Shown piece by piece: positions 1-11,844 of a DNA stretch of 64,000 nucleotides (its first letter is position 1; each line of letters begins with the position of its first letter). The notes beneath the pieces are model-generated. The model was not told where the DNA came from and searched no databases. It worked only from the letters and a program-made list of their open reading frames with translations. The position numbers were made by a program, and so were the translations under genes. Origin of the DNA: Macrostomum lignano (Eukaryota); the NCBI GenBank assembly GCA_002269645.1, contig NIVC01001201.1, positions 124,001-188,000 of the forward strand, read 5' to 3'.

Positions 1-269
1 CGATGAAAACAATAATCAAGAAACTCAAAATATATCATTGATGTTTACTCGAAAATGATTTTTAAATCCCAAAAATTGCAGTCTTGAATCCCTTTTAGGA
101 TGCATGAATCTTTAAAAAATTATATTGCTAATATTAACAGAAAGAGTTAATCCTATACGAGTACTCGTAATTTAATCCCCAGATTTACAAATCACACAGA
201 AGCTTCATCAATCCTTCAAATTAATCCTATTCTTTTCAATCATTCTATTCTAATATTTAGTTTCTCACC

Positions 270-525
270 CTAATCCCTAAACCAAAATTCCAATCTCTTA
301 TCCCCAATCCCCGATCCCAAATCCCAAATGCCTAATCCCCAATCCCAAATTGCTAATCCCTTATCCCTAATACCTAAACCCTAATCCCCAATCCTAATCT
401 CTAAACCCTAAAACTTAATCCCCATTCCCTTATCCGCGTAATCCCAAAACCCTAATCCCTTATCTCTAATCCCAAAACCCCGATCCCTTATCCCTAATCT
501 CTAAACCCTAATACCTAATCCTGTC
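270..525. repeat. Degenerate CCCTAAT/CCCAAT intronic repeat
   Basis: Repeated ccctaat, cccaat, ctaatccc in a DNA2 intron. Confidence 0.8.
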
Positions 526-588
526 AGGAATCGATAATCTAACTAGGCATTCCCCACCTATGCCAAGTAATTACTCGCCCGCGCTCAC

Positions 589-844
589 CCAGCAACCCGG
601 AAGCGGACCAGAGTCTGCTGGCCGGAGCCGCCGTCCCGACCGCCGGCCGGCCGCTGCCCCTCGAACAGCAGAGTGGCGGATGCAGCCGCGGCAGCTGACG
701 TAGCCTCAGCCTCCGCTTGGCCAGCCTGACGCTCCATCAGCAGCAGGCGACTCCAGTGGCCAAAGTAGGCCGCGTGCCTCTCGCTCAGGTGGCGCATCGC
801 CTTCTCGGCAGATGGCCGACCGCCGAAACTGCAGCCGGCCTCGC
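589..844 (-). CDS. DNA2: DNA2 exon (HLSERHAAYFGHWSRLLLME); gene continues off the left edge
   Basis: DNA2 'HLxxxHxxYFxxW..LxxE' motif; AG/GTGAG boundaries; phase 1 join to previous exon. Confidence 0.88.
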
Positions 845-894
845 CTGGCAAGGGGTGGGGGGTCGCGCTGAGCGTTAAAATCTGACAGCTTGGA

Positions 895-1980
895 TTAGGG
901 GATCAGGGATCAAGGGATCAGGGATCAAGGGATCAGGGATCAAGGGATCAGGGATCAAGGGATCAGGGATCAAGGGATCAGGGATCAAGGGATCAGGGAT
1001 CAAGGGATCAGGGATCAAGTAATCAAGGGATCAGGGAGTAGGGATCAACGATCTGGGATCAAGTGATCATGGGTCAAATATCTGGGATGTGGGATCAGGG
1101 ATCGGGAATCAATTATCAGGGATCAGGGATCAAGGGATCAGGGATCAAGGGATCAGGGGATCAGGGATCAAGGGATCAGGGATCAAGGGATCAGGGATCA
1201 AGGGATCAGGGATCAAGGGATCAGGGATCAAGGGATCAGGGATCAATGATCTGGGATCAAGTGATCATGGGTCAAATATCTGGGATGTGGGATCAGGGAT
1301 CGGGAATCAATTATCAGGGATCAGGGATCAAGGGATCAGGGATCAAGGGATCAGGGATCAAGGGATCAGGGATCAAGGGATCAGGGATCAAGGGATCAGG
1401 GATCAAGGGATCAGGGATCAATGATCTGGGATCAAGTGATCATGGGTCAAATATCTGGGATGTGGGATCAGGGATCGGGAATCAATTATCAGGGATCAGG
1501 GATCAAGGGATCAGGGATCAAGGATCAATGATCTGGGATCAAGTGATCGTGGGTGAATAATCTGGGATGTGGGATCAGGGATCAGGAATCAATTCTCAGG
1601 GGTCAAGGGATCTGGGATCAAGGGATCTGGGGTCAAGGGATCTGGGGTCAAGGGATCTGGGGTGAAAGGATCTGGGATCAAGTGATCGTGGGTGAATAAT
1701 CTGGGATGTGGGATCAGGGATCGGGAATCAATTATCAGGGATCAGGGATCAAGGGATCAGGGATCAAGGATCAATGATCTGGGATCAAGTGATCGTGGGT
1801 GAATAATCTGGGATGTGGGATCAGGGATCAGGAATCAATTCTCAGGGGTCAAGGGATCTGGGATCAAGGGATCTGGGGTCAAGGGATCTGGGGTCAAGGG
1901 ATCTGGGGTGAAAGGATCTGGGATCAAGGGATCTGGGGTCAAGGGATCTGGGGTGAAAGGATCTGGGATCAAGGGATCAC
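895..1980. repeat. 15-bp minisatellite (GGGATCAGGGATCAA) with a recurring longer spacer block, fills a DNA2 intron
   Basis: Tandem units run up to the splice donor at 1980. Confidence 0.97.
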
Positions 1981-2320
1981 CTTTTGCCAGCCGATGCAGC
2001 AGTGAGCAGCTGAGCAGCTGCGGGCAGGCAGCGCACCAGCGGTCCCTGCCGGTCAGCGGGTCGGGCAGCGGCGCAAGCCGAACTTCGCAAGCCTCGGTGC
2101 TGCCTCCGTCGCCTTCATCAACGATGACAGGGGGCCGGGCCAGCCAGCCGGCCAGCTCGTTGCGCAGCTGCAGGAGACCGCAGCGCCGGGACCTGTCAGG
2201 ACGGAACAGCTGCTGCTGTGGGCCGTCGCGCAGGTACAGCAGCAGAGCGCCGTCAGCGCCGTCAGCTGTTGATGAGTTCTCGGCTTCGGGGCCGTCAAGC
2301 ATCATTGAGTACAGCAGGGC
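1981..2320 (-). CDS. DNA2: DNA2 exon (ALLYSMM..LLLYL..LRNELA..CAACPQLLSC)
   Basis: QxxxY continuation, GLLLYL-like and RN motifs, CxxC-x5-C Fe-S ligands; AG/GT boundaries. Confidence 0.9.
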
Positions 2321-2387
2321 CTGGCATGGTTGAGCACAATGTTGAGGCTTGAGCTCTGCGTGTGAAATTGTTGCTATCCACCAGCCG

Positions 2388-3215
2388 TTTCTAACAAATC
2401 TAGCTACCGATTCTAACAGATCTAGCTACCGATTCTAACAAATCTAGCTACCGATTCTAACAAATCTACCTACCGATTCTAACAAATCTAGCTACCGATT
2501 CTAACAAATCTACCTACCGATTCTAACAAATCTACCTACCGATTCTAACAAATCTACCTACCGATTCTAACAAATCTAGCTACCGATTCTAACAAATCTA
2601 CCTACCGATTCTAACAAATCTACCTACCGATTCCAAAAAATCTAGCTACCGATTCTAACAAATCTACTTACCGATTCTAACAAATCTAGCTACCGATTCT
2701 AACAAATCTAGCTACCGATTCCAACAAATCTATCTACCGATTCCAACAAATCTAGCTACCGATTCCAACAAATCTAGCTACCGATTCTAACAAATCTAGC
2801 TACCGATTCCAACAAATCTACCTACCGATTCCAACAAATCTACCTACCGATTCTAACAAATCTAGCTACCGATTCTAACAAATCTACCTACCGATTCTAA
2901 CAAATCTAGCTACCGATTCTAACAAATCTACCTACCGATTCTAACAAATCTAGCTACCGATTCTAACAAATCTACCTACCGATTCTAACAAATCTACCTA
3001 CCGATTCCAAAAAATCTAGCTACCGATTCCAACAAATCTAGCTACCGATTCCAACAAATCTACCTACCGATTCCAACAAATCTAGCTACCGATTCTAACA
3101 AATCTACCTACCGATTCCAACAAATCTACCTACCGATTCCAACAAATCTACCTACCGATTCCAACAAATCTACCTACCGATTCCAACAAATCTACCTACC
3201 GATTCCAACAAATCT
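2388..3215. repeat. 22-bp minisatellite (CCGATTCTAACAAATCTAGCTA) in a DNA2 intron
   Basis: Direct tandem units with C/T and G/C variants. Confidence 0.97.
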
Positions 3216-3237
3216 CGCCAGCCCGCGTGCTGCTTAC

Positions 3238-3615
3238 CTGTCCAACGTGCTCGTGGCTGAAGCTCGCCCGGCCAGTTTTAAGTTCAACTGGCAGCCGCTT
3301 GTCGCCGCCCGCAGCGTCAGCCACCAGCAGGCTGACGTCCACCTTGCCCTTCAGGCCGAATCTTCGGCTGCCGACGCTCTCCTCGATGTCCGCCACGCCG
3401 TTCACCCGCAGACCGTCGCTGCCATCGTCGTCGTGATGGCGGCGAAGCCAGTCGACGATGTGCTTGACAAACTGGGACACCTCGGCCAGCAGCTCGGACT
3501 CGGACAGTCCCAGCGCCGCCAGCTGCTGCACCAGCTGCCCGGAGTTCACTAGCTGCGCCGCTGCCGCCGAGGCTGACGCCTCCGTCACGGGAGCCGTCTG
3601 ATGGCGAACCAGCAG
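3238..3615 (-). CDS. DNA2: DNA2 exon, nuclease core (DIEESVGSRRFGLKGKVD..PVELKTG..HVGQ)
   Basis: Cas4/RecB-like DNA2 motifs GLKGKxD and ELKTG; AG/GTAAG boundaries. Confidence 0.93.
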
Positions 3616-3796
3616 CTGCGGGCGAGCCGAGCAAACAGTTCAACCTGGGAGACTATCGGGATATTCGTGTCCAAGAGATTCTTCCCCTAGTGCATTTTAC
3701 CCGCAATGCTTCGGGAATTCGGATAAATATTTCCTACTTTATCCATTAGAGTAACCGCGTCTGACTCTTCACAATACGACCTCTGGATTGAATCCG

Positions 3797-3975
3797 TGCA
3801 TATCATCCACTGCGGATCCCATATGATCCACTGCGGATCCCATATGATCCACTGCGGATCCCACATGATCCACTGCGGATCCCATATGATCCACTGCGGA
3901 TCCCATATGATCTCATTAGGATCCCATATGATCTCATTAGGATCCCATATGATCTCATTAGGATCCCATATGATC
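3797..3975. repeat. 21-bp minisatellite (GGATCCCATATGATCCACTGC) in a DNA2 intron
   Basis: Direct tandem units. Confidence 0.95.
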
Positions 3976-4233
3976 AAACTTATTATGCGAATGCTTAATT
4001 ACCGAACCTAAAATACCCGGTGGTGATTATGTGAGTTATGAGCCAGTTAGAAACCAAAAATATTTCCATGTTTAGTTTGAAATCCCTTATTTTGGCACGA
4101 TTCACACTTGACAGTTTTGCTGTCAATAACCGCCTTTGATACACACGGACTGGGTGAAATCAAACATTTATGCCAATTGAATATTCCAATGAAAATGCAA
4201 AGTGCAAAATGAGGCTGGGCCAGTCTGACTTAC

Positions 4234-4321
4234 ATCCTGAAACAGCTGGTGCACAACGCTGCCCAGCAGCATGACTTTGTTCTCGCCTTCCAACGATGTG
4301 TACATTGAGTCCAGCACCGAC
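4234..4321 (-). CDS. DNA2: DNA2 exon (RSVLDSMY..MLLGSVVHQLFQD)
   Basis: DNA2 nuclease motif 'G..xHxxFQ'; AG/GTAAGT boundaries; phase consistent. Confidence 0.9.
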
Positions 4322-4439
4322 CTGCAACAGCGTGGTGGCACGACTGTGGATTCGGGCATATTTTTCTACGGCATTGTCTGCAGATGTTTATTTTGTCTCA
4401 ATTCTAGATAATTGTCCAGGTCTCAGTCTCCTGTCCTAA

Positions 4440-4833
4440 GAACCCAACTCCCCAGCCCTCAGATCCCCAGTTTCGAGTCCTCAGATTCCAAGTCCCCAAC
4501 CTCAGATCCCCAGTTTTGAGTCCTCAGATTCCAAGTCCCCTACCTCAGATCCCCAGTTTCGAGTCCTCAGATTCCAAGTCCCCAACCTCAGATCCCCAGT
4601 TTCGAGTCCTCAGATTCCAAGTCCCCAACCTCAGATCCACAGTTTCGAGTCCTCAGATTCCAAGTCCCCAACCTCAGATCCCCAGTTTTGAGTCCTCAGA
4701 TTCCAAGTCCCCAACCTCAGATCCCCAGTTTCGAGTCCTCAGATTCCAAGTCCCCAACCTCAGATCCCCAGTTTCGAGTCCTCAGATTCCAAGTCCCCAA
4801 CCTCAGATCCCCAGTTTCGAGTCCTCAGATCCC
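4440..4833. repeat. 43-bp minisatellite (AGTCCTCAGATTCCAAGTCCCCAACCTCAGATCCCCAGTTTCG) in a DNA2 intron
   Basis: Period 43 (e.g. 4518 and 4561). Confidence 0.96.
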
Positions 4834-4850
4834 AGCCAGCTGCAGCTCAC

Positions 4851-5027
4851 CTCCGCACGCAGCCAAGCGAGGCCACCACGGCGGTGGCGCTGAGCAGCTG
4901 GTCCGGCAGCAGCACAAAGTAATTTTGCTGGTCCGTGACAGACAGCTCCGGGTGATCCGGTTGCCATGGCGTCTCCGGGCTGAGCACGATCTGAACCGTG
5001 TCCCCTGTGTTCAGGCGAGTCTCCGAC
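4851..5027 (-). CDS. DNA2: DNA2 exon (SETRLNTGDTVQIV..LLPDQLLSATAVVASLGCVR)
   Basis: Matches the DNA2 'PDxLxSxTxV..S..CxRR' motif with the first Fe-S cysteine; AG/GT boundaries. Confidence 0.9.
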
Positions 5028-5166
5028 CTGAGAGAGTAGTTTGAAAATGGCGCCATTGAAACAGATGGCAATCGGGCCGCGATGGAGGCCTCATAGGAAA
5101 TCATCTTGGAAATGGGACTTCGCAATGCAAATGGGGTCAACAGGTGCTACCCAATTCGGGCCTCAC

Positions 5167-5298
5167 CAAGAGTCGCACAGTCGGCAGACGAAATTCCAGC
5201 CGCAGGGTTCGAGTCCCGCACAGTCGAGCTCCAGCTCGTCAGACAGCCGCTTCACTGAGCGGACCTGACCGCGGATCCACTCGGGTCGGTGGCGCCAC
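5167..5298 (-). CDS. DNA2: DNA2 exon (OB-fold region, ..CRLCDSW)
   Basis: AG/GT boundaries; phase 2 at both ends joins neighbouring exons in frame. Confidence 0.8.
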
Positions 5299-5354
5299 CT
5301 GCAGGAGGGGTTGGGGTCTCAGTGTTAGGGAGGTCGGATCCTAAGGAGGCGAGA

Positions 5355-5700
5355 TGGGATCTAACTAGATCATAGAGAGATCTCAAGGAGATTATACTTG
5401 AATTTCAATGTGAGATAGATTATATGGGATCTCAAGATTATATGGAATCTCAAGATTACATGGGATTTCAAGATTATATGGGATCCCAAGATTATATGGG
5501 ATCTTAATGAGATCATGCAGGACGCCAAGGAGATCATACGGGAGGCCAAGGAGATCATACGGGAGGCCAAGGAGATCATACGGGAGGCCAAGAAGATCAT
5601 ACGGGAGGCCAAGGAGATCATACGGGAGGCCAAGAAGATCATATAGGACCCGTATGAGATCATCTGAGATCTCAAGGCGAGATAGGATTTTAAGGAGATC
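5355..5700. repeat. 18-bp and 21-bp GATC-containing minisatellites in a DNA2 intron
   Basis: GATCTCAAGATTATATGG-like units, then GGGAGGCCAAGGAGATCATAC units. Confidence 0.93.
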
Positions 5701-5823
5701 AAAATATTGTCTGAAGGTCAACACTCAGACAGGTTTTCAATGCGATGAGTTTCCGAGGTCTGTTAAGTCCTCAATCCCAACGAGCTTATGCGGAATCCCA
5801 AACAGGCCAGATTGGGATCTCAC

Positions 5824-6344
5824 TCGGCAGGCAGCCAGCAATCGGCCTCAGCCTCAAGCTCGGCAGCAGCGCCAGCATCCGAATTCTCCTTGCCAATTTT
5901 CGCTGCCCGCCCCACCGCACAGTCGGGTGACTTCTCGTTGGGAGAACAGGCGCCGCTGCTGTTGCTGCTGTCCGACAGCACCACAATGGGCTCGGCTGTC
6001 AGCTTCTGCTGTTGCTGCTTCTGCTGCTCCTCGCCGTACAGGAAAGCCCGCTTGGCCGGCGGCAGGTCAGGCGCGTCCGGCCGATAGTTGAGACCCTTTG
6101 GTGGCCGCTTCCGGCCGAAAATTGTCCGGGCCACGTTGGAGGCCTTGGCGTTGGGCGGCTTGTCAAAGGAGACGGCGGAGGCGACGGACGAGGCGGAGGA
6201 TGAGGCGGAAGACGGGCGCGGGTTGGACAGGAAAGAGCGGCGGGCGAGTCGCTTCTGTTGTTGTTGCTGTTGCTGCTGCGCCGCAGGGGGAGACGGCGGC
6301 ACAACGTCAACAGTGGAGGCCGCAGACTGGGCCGCGGTGGAGCC
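5824..6344 (-). CDS. DNA2: DNA2 helicase/nuclease, 5'-most identifiable coding exon (low-complexity N-terminus, no ATG)
   Basis: Acceptor ctctcacAG|GGCTCC at 6344, donor GA|GTGAGA at 5823; 521 nt open; phases join the downstream DNA2-like exons. Confidence 0.7.
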
Positions 6345-9300
6345 CTGTGAGAGAGATATATAGAAAATTTTTGAACGAATAGATATAGGAAGACATTAGC
6401 ATTAGAAGATGCCTAATGTTAGTCGAAACATGTCGTTTGAATGAAAAATGCTCGCAATTTCCTTCCTTCTAAAGTATAAAATAAACCATAAAATAGACAA
6501 ATGTCTATGAGTGTACATAAGAGTAGGGTTCTTATACATTTAGAACATGTGGATTTGATAGGTAAAATGTTATCAATTTCCATCTTAGGTAGCACTTACC
6601 AGTTTAAAAAAAGAGTTGATGTTTGTTTGCTTCATTGTAATATTAGCAGAAAATTATAAATAATAAATGTAAGAAGAAAAGGAAAATTTCCAATGATAGG
6701 TTTATTATTATATAACAATATGTATTAGGCCTAGGTTTACTATATTAATATTATAGATCATTTTATTTCCAGTTCTAAGGGACCTAGAAATTTCAAAATA
6801 CTTAGAGATATAGTGATCATGTCAATAGTGTGCCTACAATAAAGTAAAGGTCTAACAGCTATGTTATGGTAGCTATGTTTTTAAATAATAAGCTTTGAAT
6901 AATCTTCAATAATTTTAATTATTAACATAAGAATATAAGATAATAATATATATGAAATATAATAAATGTCATAGGTCAAACAAATAAACTTTGCTTGTAT
7001 CAACCAAGTGTATTACCACTTATAACACCAGGCCTAATATGAGTACTTAAGTAATTGATTAGGTCTATCTATATATATAAGGGTTGTTTAGAAAGCCTAC
7101 AATCAAACTTATATAACAAACTGACTGAATGTCACTCTTATTGCTTCTTATTTTCAATATACATGTAAGCATCCTTAAGGGTTATATACTTCTGTAATCT
7201 CTCAGGCAGTTTCTGTAGGTGACCTTCTTTTGGCCTCTAACCTACCAGTTGATAGCTAATATTAGATCCTTCATAGAACTATATTAGTAGCTTCAAAGGG
7301 GTTTCTTTATCTTACTAAATAGCCAGAAGTCACTTGAAACAGTGTTTAGTGAATAAGGTTGGTGTGGCAGCACCTTGAAGGCCAGGTCAAAAAATGGCTA
7401 CCATTGTTGACTAACTAGTATATAATATGCCATGTGCATTTATGTGCATTTCTGACCCCATGCGCTTGCCTCTTATTTAGGGCCATCTAACTAATAGCTT
7501 CAGGCAACTTTTGCAGCAATTTGATATTATATTTACTATTGATAGTGGCACCAAAAAGAAGCAATTTAATTAGAATAATTCCCTCTGTCCTAGAAGACTA
7601 TAGCCATCTGCTAGCTAGCTAAAGGTGCAGTCAGGGCTTTGATAATTATGGGCTTATGGTGGCTTCCAGTTAATCCAGCAACAATATGATCTGGCAATAG
7701 ACAATCTGGCAACAGATATTAAATCAATATATATCAGCATATATACAGATTAGTTGAGCTATTATTTTTAGCTCTTTACTTATTAATACTTAAACAATTA
7801 AATAACAATTACATAAACATAATTATTGCAGTTAAATTTTTATAGCTGTATGTAGCTATTGATTTTCAAAATCTTATTTTCAAAGAAAGCTACCTCTATG
7901 AAAAATAAGCTTGCTTGTGTTTTGCCAGCTAATTTTTCTAAATCGATTTAGCTAATTTCTAGATTAATTTCTTTTTGAATACAATTTTATCTATTTAATC
8001 TGCTTGAAAAGCAAATTTGTATGACTATGATCTAATATTGTTGTATATATTATATTTGCCTCTTCACATGAAAATGAAAACCCCATTTGCCAATCATTGA
8101 ACATTAAACACATTGAACACTGAACATTTCACATTTTGAAACATTAGATTGATGATTAATGTTTTGAAATTAAAAAGTTTTTTTAAATTGTCACTTAATT
8201 TTAAGCAATGATTAAATATGTTGCACTAAACTAGAATTTTTTAAAATGGTAAGCAATAAGGCAAAAATTTTGCATTAGGTGCAGAAAAGTCAAGTGCCAG
8301 ACAGGTATGACTAGAGCAGAATTGCCACCTACTAAAGTCATGAGCTGAATTTGAATACACATGCATAGGGTACAAGGCTATGGCTACTAAGGCTAAGATT
8401 ATGGCTATAGCTGCTGCGGCTGAGGCTGCTAAGGCTGAGGTTGTGGCTGTGGCTACTGTGGCTAAGGTTGTGGCTGCTGAGACTAAGGCTATGGCTGAGG
8501 CTGTGGCTTTTGAGGCTAAAGCTGCATTGATGCCACCATTGCAGTTCCATGCAATCATAGTTTTAGTAGTCATCACTAGCAATGTAGCTGATATAAGTTC
8601 AATGTGGATATTCTGTTTTTGAAAATGGTTTAAGTTTCAATCCTTTTTTTCATTGCAGACATCATTTGCTGCTGAAGATGTAGTCACTAAAGAACCGGCT
8701 CTTAACTTGCTACCTTTTGCACTAGGAGTAGGCCTAGCAATTATGGTCAGAGTAGCGCCATCTTGACCAGCAGCAGCAGCAGCAACAACATTGCATTGCT
8801 GCTGCTGCAATGTTGTGTTGTGGCCTGAGTCAGCAGTGTCAGCTGCCTGGTGTCAGCAGCCTTAGCCTCAGTAGCCACAGCAGTAGAGCCCAGCTTCTTC
8901 AGCATATAGAATGGCAGCTTGATGAAGAAGCCAACCCTCATCATGGTGGATAGCTAGGCAATGTCCTAGTTTCCTGCATAAAATTATTATTTAGACCCAA
9001 AATTTGAAACAAACAAACAAAAGCAAGTTTATTGAAGATTTAAAATGAATCTTAGGTATTACAAGGAGTAGTACATAGCCTAATAATGTGTCAGCCAGTA
9101 CAGAAAGTTACCAAAGCTCTTTTTGGGTAGGCCCTTGGAGTCAGTGCCAGAGAAACTTGCTAAGGTGGGAGTCAAAAAGGTCATCCATGGTGCCATGCTG
9201 ACTACAAAACTTTGCCTTCATGTGGGCCTAGGTGCCTTCAATGGTATTCTCAATGACTGATTTCAAGGTCATAGAGGTTGGCCAATGGCCACAAATTGGC

Positions 9301-9350
9301 AGGAGGTAGGATATTTACAGGCACTTGAGGTTGTCCAGCCATGATTTACA

Positions 9351-10007
9351 ACCTGTATAACTTTTGCCGACACATTTTCAGACAGATCTTCCGACACTTT
9401 TTTACGACACTTAAAATGTCGCAAAGTGTTGGAAAAAGTGTTGTAACAAAAATTCGAAGCAGTTAAAGAAACAGTTCTTGTATCTTGCCTTGTTCCCATG
9501 AAGGGATCTTTTAAACAGGGAAACAGGGAAATGTTTCTCAAATCACAAACTTACATTTAATGGTTTGATCTACTATATTTATCTGACTGAAGATTAAATT
9601 TGAATGAATCTATCATGTACTGTAGGCTGCTGCGTAGTGCGTACTTAACAAACATACATGTAAGCTTACATGAATAGTACAAGCTACATGTACATCACCT
9701 AGCTCTAAGAAGTGACATTTTAAGTGTCAGAGATGTGTTGGCAAAATTTAACCATACGACACTTTTTCAAACACTTTTTGCAGCATTAATTCAAGTGTCG
9801 GAAAATATATGTTGGCGAATGTCAACTGTTACAACACTTTTTCAACACTTTTTGCAACATTTTAAGTGTTGTAAAAAAGTGTCAAAAAATCTGTCTGAAA
9901 ATGTGTTACTGTTATGACACTTTTTCCAACACTTTTTGTGACATTTTAAGTATTGTAAAAAAGTGTCGGAAGATCTGTCTGAATGTGTCGGCAAAAGTTA
10001 TACAGGT
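9351..10007. mobile_element. MITE with long imperfect TIRs and 8-bp TSD
   Basis: Ends ACCTGTATAACTTTTGCCGACACA / TGTGTCGGCAAAAGTTATACAGGT; GATTTACA at 9343-9350 and 10008-10015. Confidence 0.92.
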
Positions 10008-10289
10008 GATTTACACTGAAAATAACAAAAATCAGGTCAAAATAATTAAATGTGGGAAAGTAGGACATTGCCAATAGCTGCTACAACTATTTCACAAACA
10101 TGTAGGCCTAGACATAGGCCTAAAAAGGACTGAGGTCATTAATACCCTGTGGCGTGGCCATGACTGGATATACCAAAGGCAGGCATGACAGCCATGCAAC
10201 TTAATAATAATAGTTTAGTAAAGTGAAATATCTAGATGTATATATGTTGCATTAGTAGTAATCATAATAATAATAAACTGAAAGACAAT

Positions 10290-10892
10290 GGTCACTGGTC
10301 AGATCGTCATATTGGATGACAAAGTGACCAGAAGCAAAGTAGCTTTGAAAAATAGACCTAATATGAGTTTGACGAAGTGACCAAATATTTAGTTATGCTA
10401 GATCTTCGTCATCAAGGAACCTGTTATCTGGGTTCAGGAGCCCTAGTCATTTTCGTCATCTACCATTTCATCTGGGGTGTCTGGGGTGATCACCTCGACT
10501 AGGGTCAGTTCGTCATCTTAATTAGTATGCACTACCTGAAGAGAGTCATTTCGTCATCCACCAATCATATTAGTTCCAACTTCCAAGTGAATTAATGTGG
10601 CAATTAAACATATTTACTTGGAATCCTAATGATTCCAGTCATTTTGTCATCTCGATTGATTAAACCTGTCGATCGATCGGTTCTGCTTGCCGCAGCTTAT
10701 AGTTAATAAAAACAAAAAATAGTTTTACACTAACTCGAATCTCACACAGATTGATTGGTTTGATGACGAAGTATCCAGCATAACTAAATATTTGGTCACT
10801 TCGTCATATTATTTTTCAAAGCTACTTTGCTTCTGGTCACTTCGTCATCCGATATGACGAAATGGAATATGACGATCTGACTGGCAGTGACC
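10290..10892. mobile_element. MITE-like element with ~140-bp imperfect TIRs and repeated TTCGTCAT motifs
   Basis: GGTCACTG..TCAGATCGTCATATT mirrored at 10866-10892; no TSD seen. Confidence 0.8.
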
Positions 10893-11844
10893 AGTATTTA
10901 ACAGGCTTGTAATGAAATTATAAATTGATTTTAAATATTGATTATTGCATTTGTAGTAGTATAATTCGTACGTTATTTTGTTAATATTTAATTTATACGA
11001 AATATATTTAAATTAGAAAGAGCGTCGCGCTGGGACGGTTGACGGGCAACTTGGATTTGGACTACTGGGTCGTGAGTTAGCGTAGCTTAGCATCCTTGAG
11101 ATAACAGCTTTCATTTGCACCATATTTTCAGTATTAAAGTCTCAGCCTTAGGTTCTTCCAATTACACTTCATTAGGTCTTTGTCATTATTTACATTCCCA
11201 CTATCTCCCAGTGAGTAGCCACCACACCACAGTTACAGTCAGTTGTCCCAGTGCTCGCCCAGGGTATTAATTAATTGTTGAACTACTTAACTCAAATTAC
11301 TCAATTGCTATAGCCTATATTTGTTATTGACTTTTATTATTTTTTGGGGAAAAATAATTGGCGACCACCTAATTTCTAACTCTATATCCTAACGCAGCAA
11401 TATGCATGCGAGCCCAGTCAATTAGGAAAAATTCAAAATAGACCCAACGAAACCACTTTCTTTACATTGGCGACCACGCCAGGACCAGAATTCACATATT
11501 TGACTCTGCTGGAACTTCTGTGACACTATAATATTATTGATTGATTGATATACTTTATTTATTTAATGACCAATATTTGTTGCATTTAAATATCTTACCT
11601 ATTGACAGTATTGTGAATTTGATTTTTATATAGTGGCCTAATACCAATGGAAATGCCAATGACCAATATTACTTGCTGATTTGATCTATTTTGTTATATG
11701 CTTTGTGTCAGTTAGAATTTTCAGACTCTATTGTTAGATTATTTATTATTTAAAATTTGTTATACTAATTTAGATTATTTACTATACATAATTAAAATAC
11801 AATAAACTTTCACATATTTATTTGTTACTTGCATTTGTCCAGTG

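Noticed and set aside
270-525. Interstitial telomere
   Set aside because: Too degenerate and mixed with CCCAAT/CCCGAT; treated as an ordinary intronic repeat
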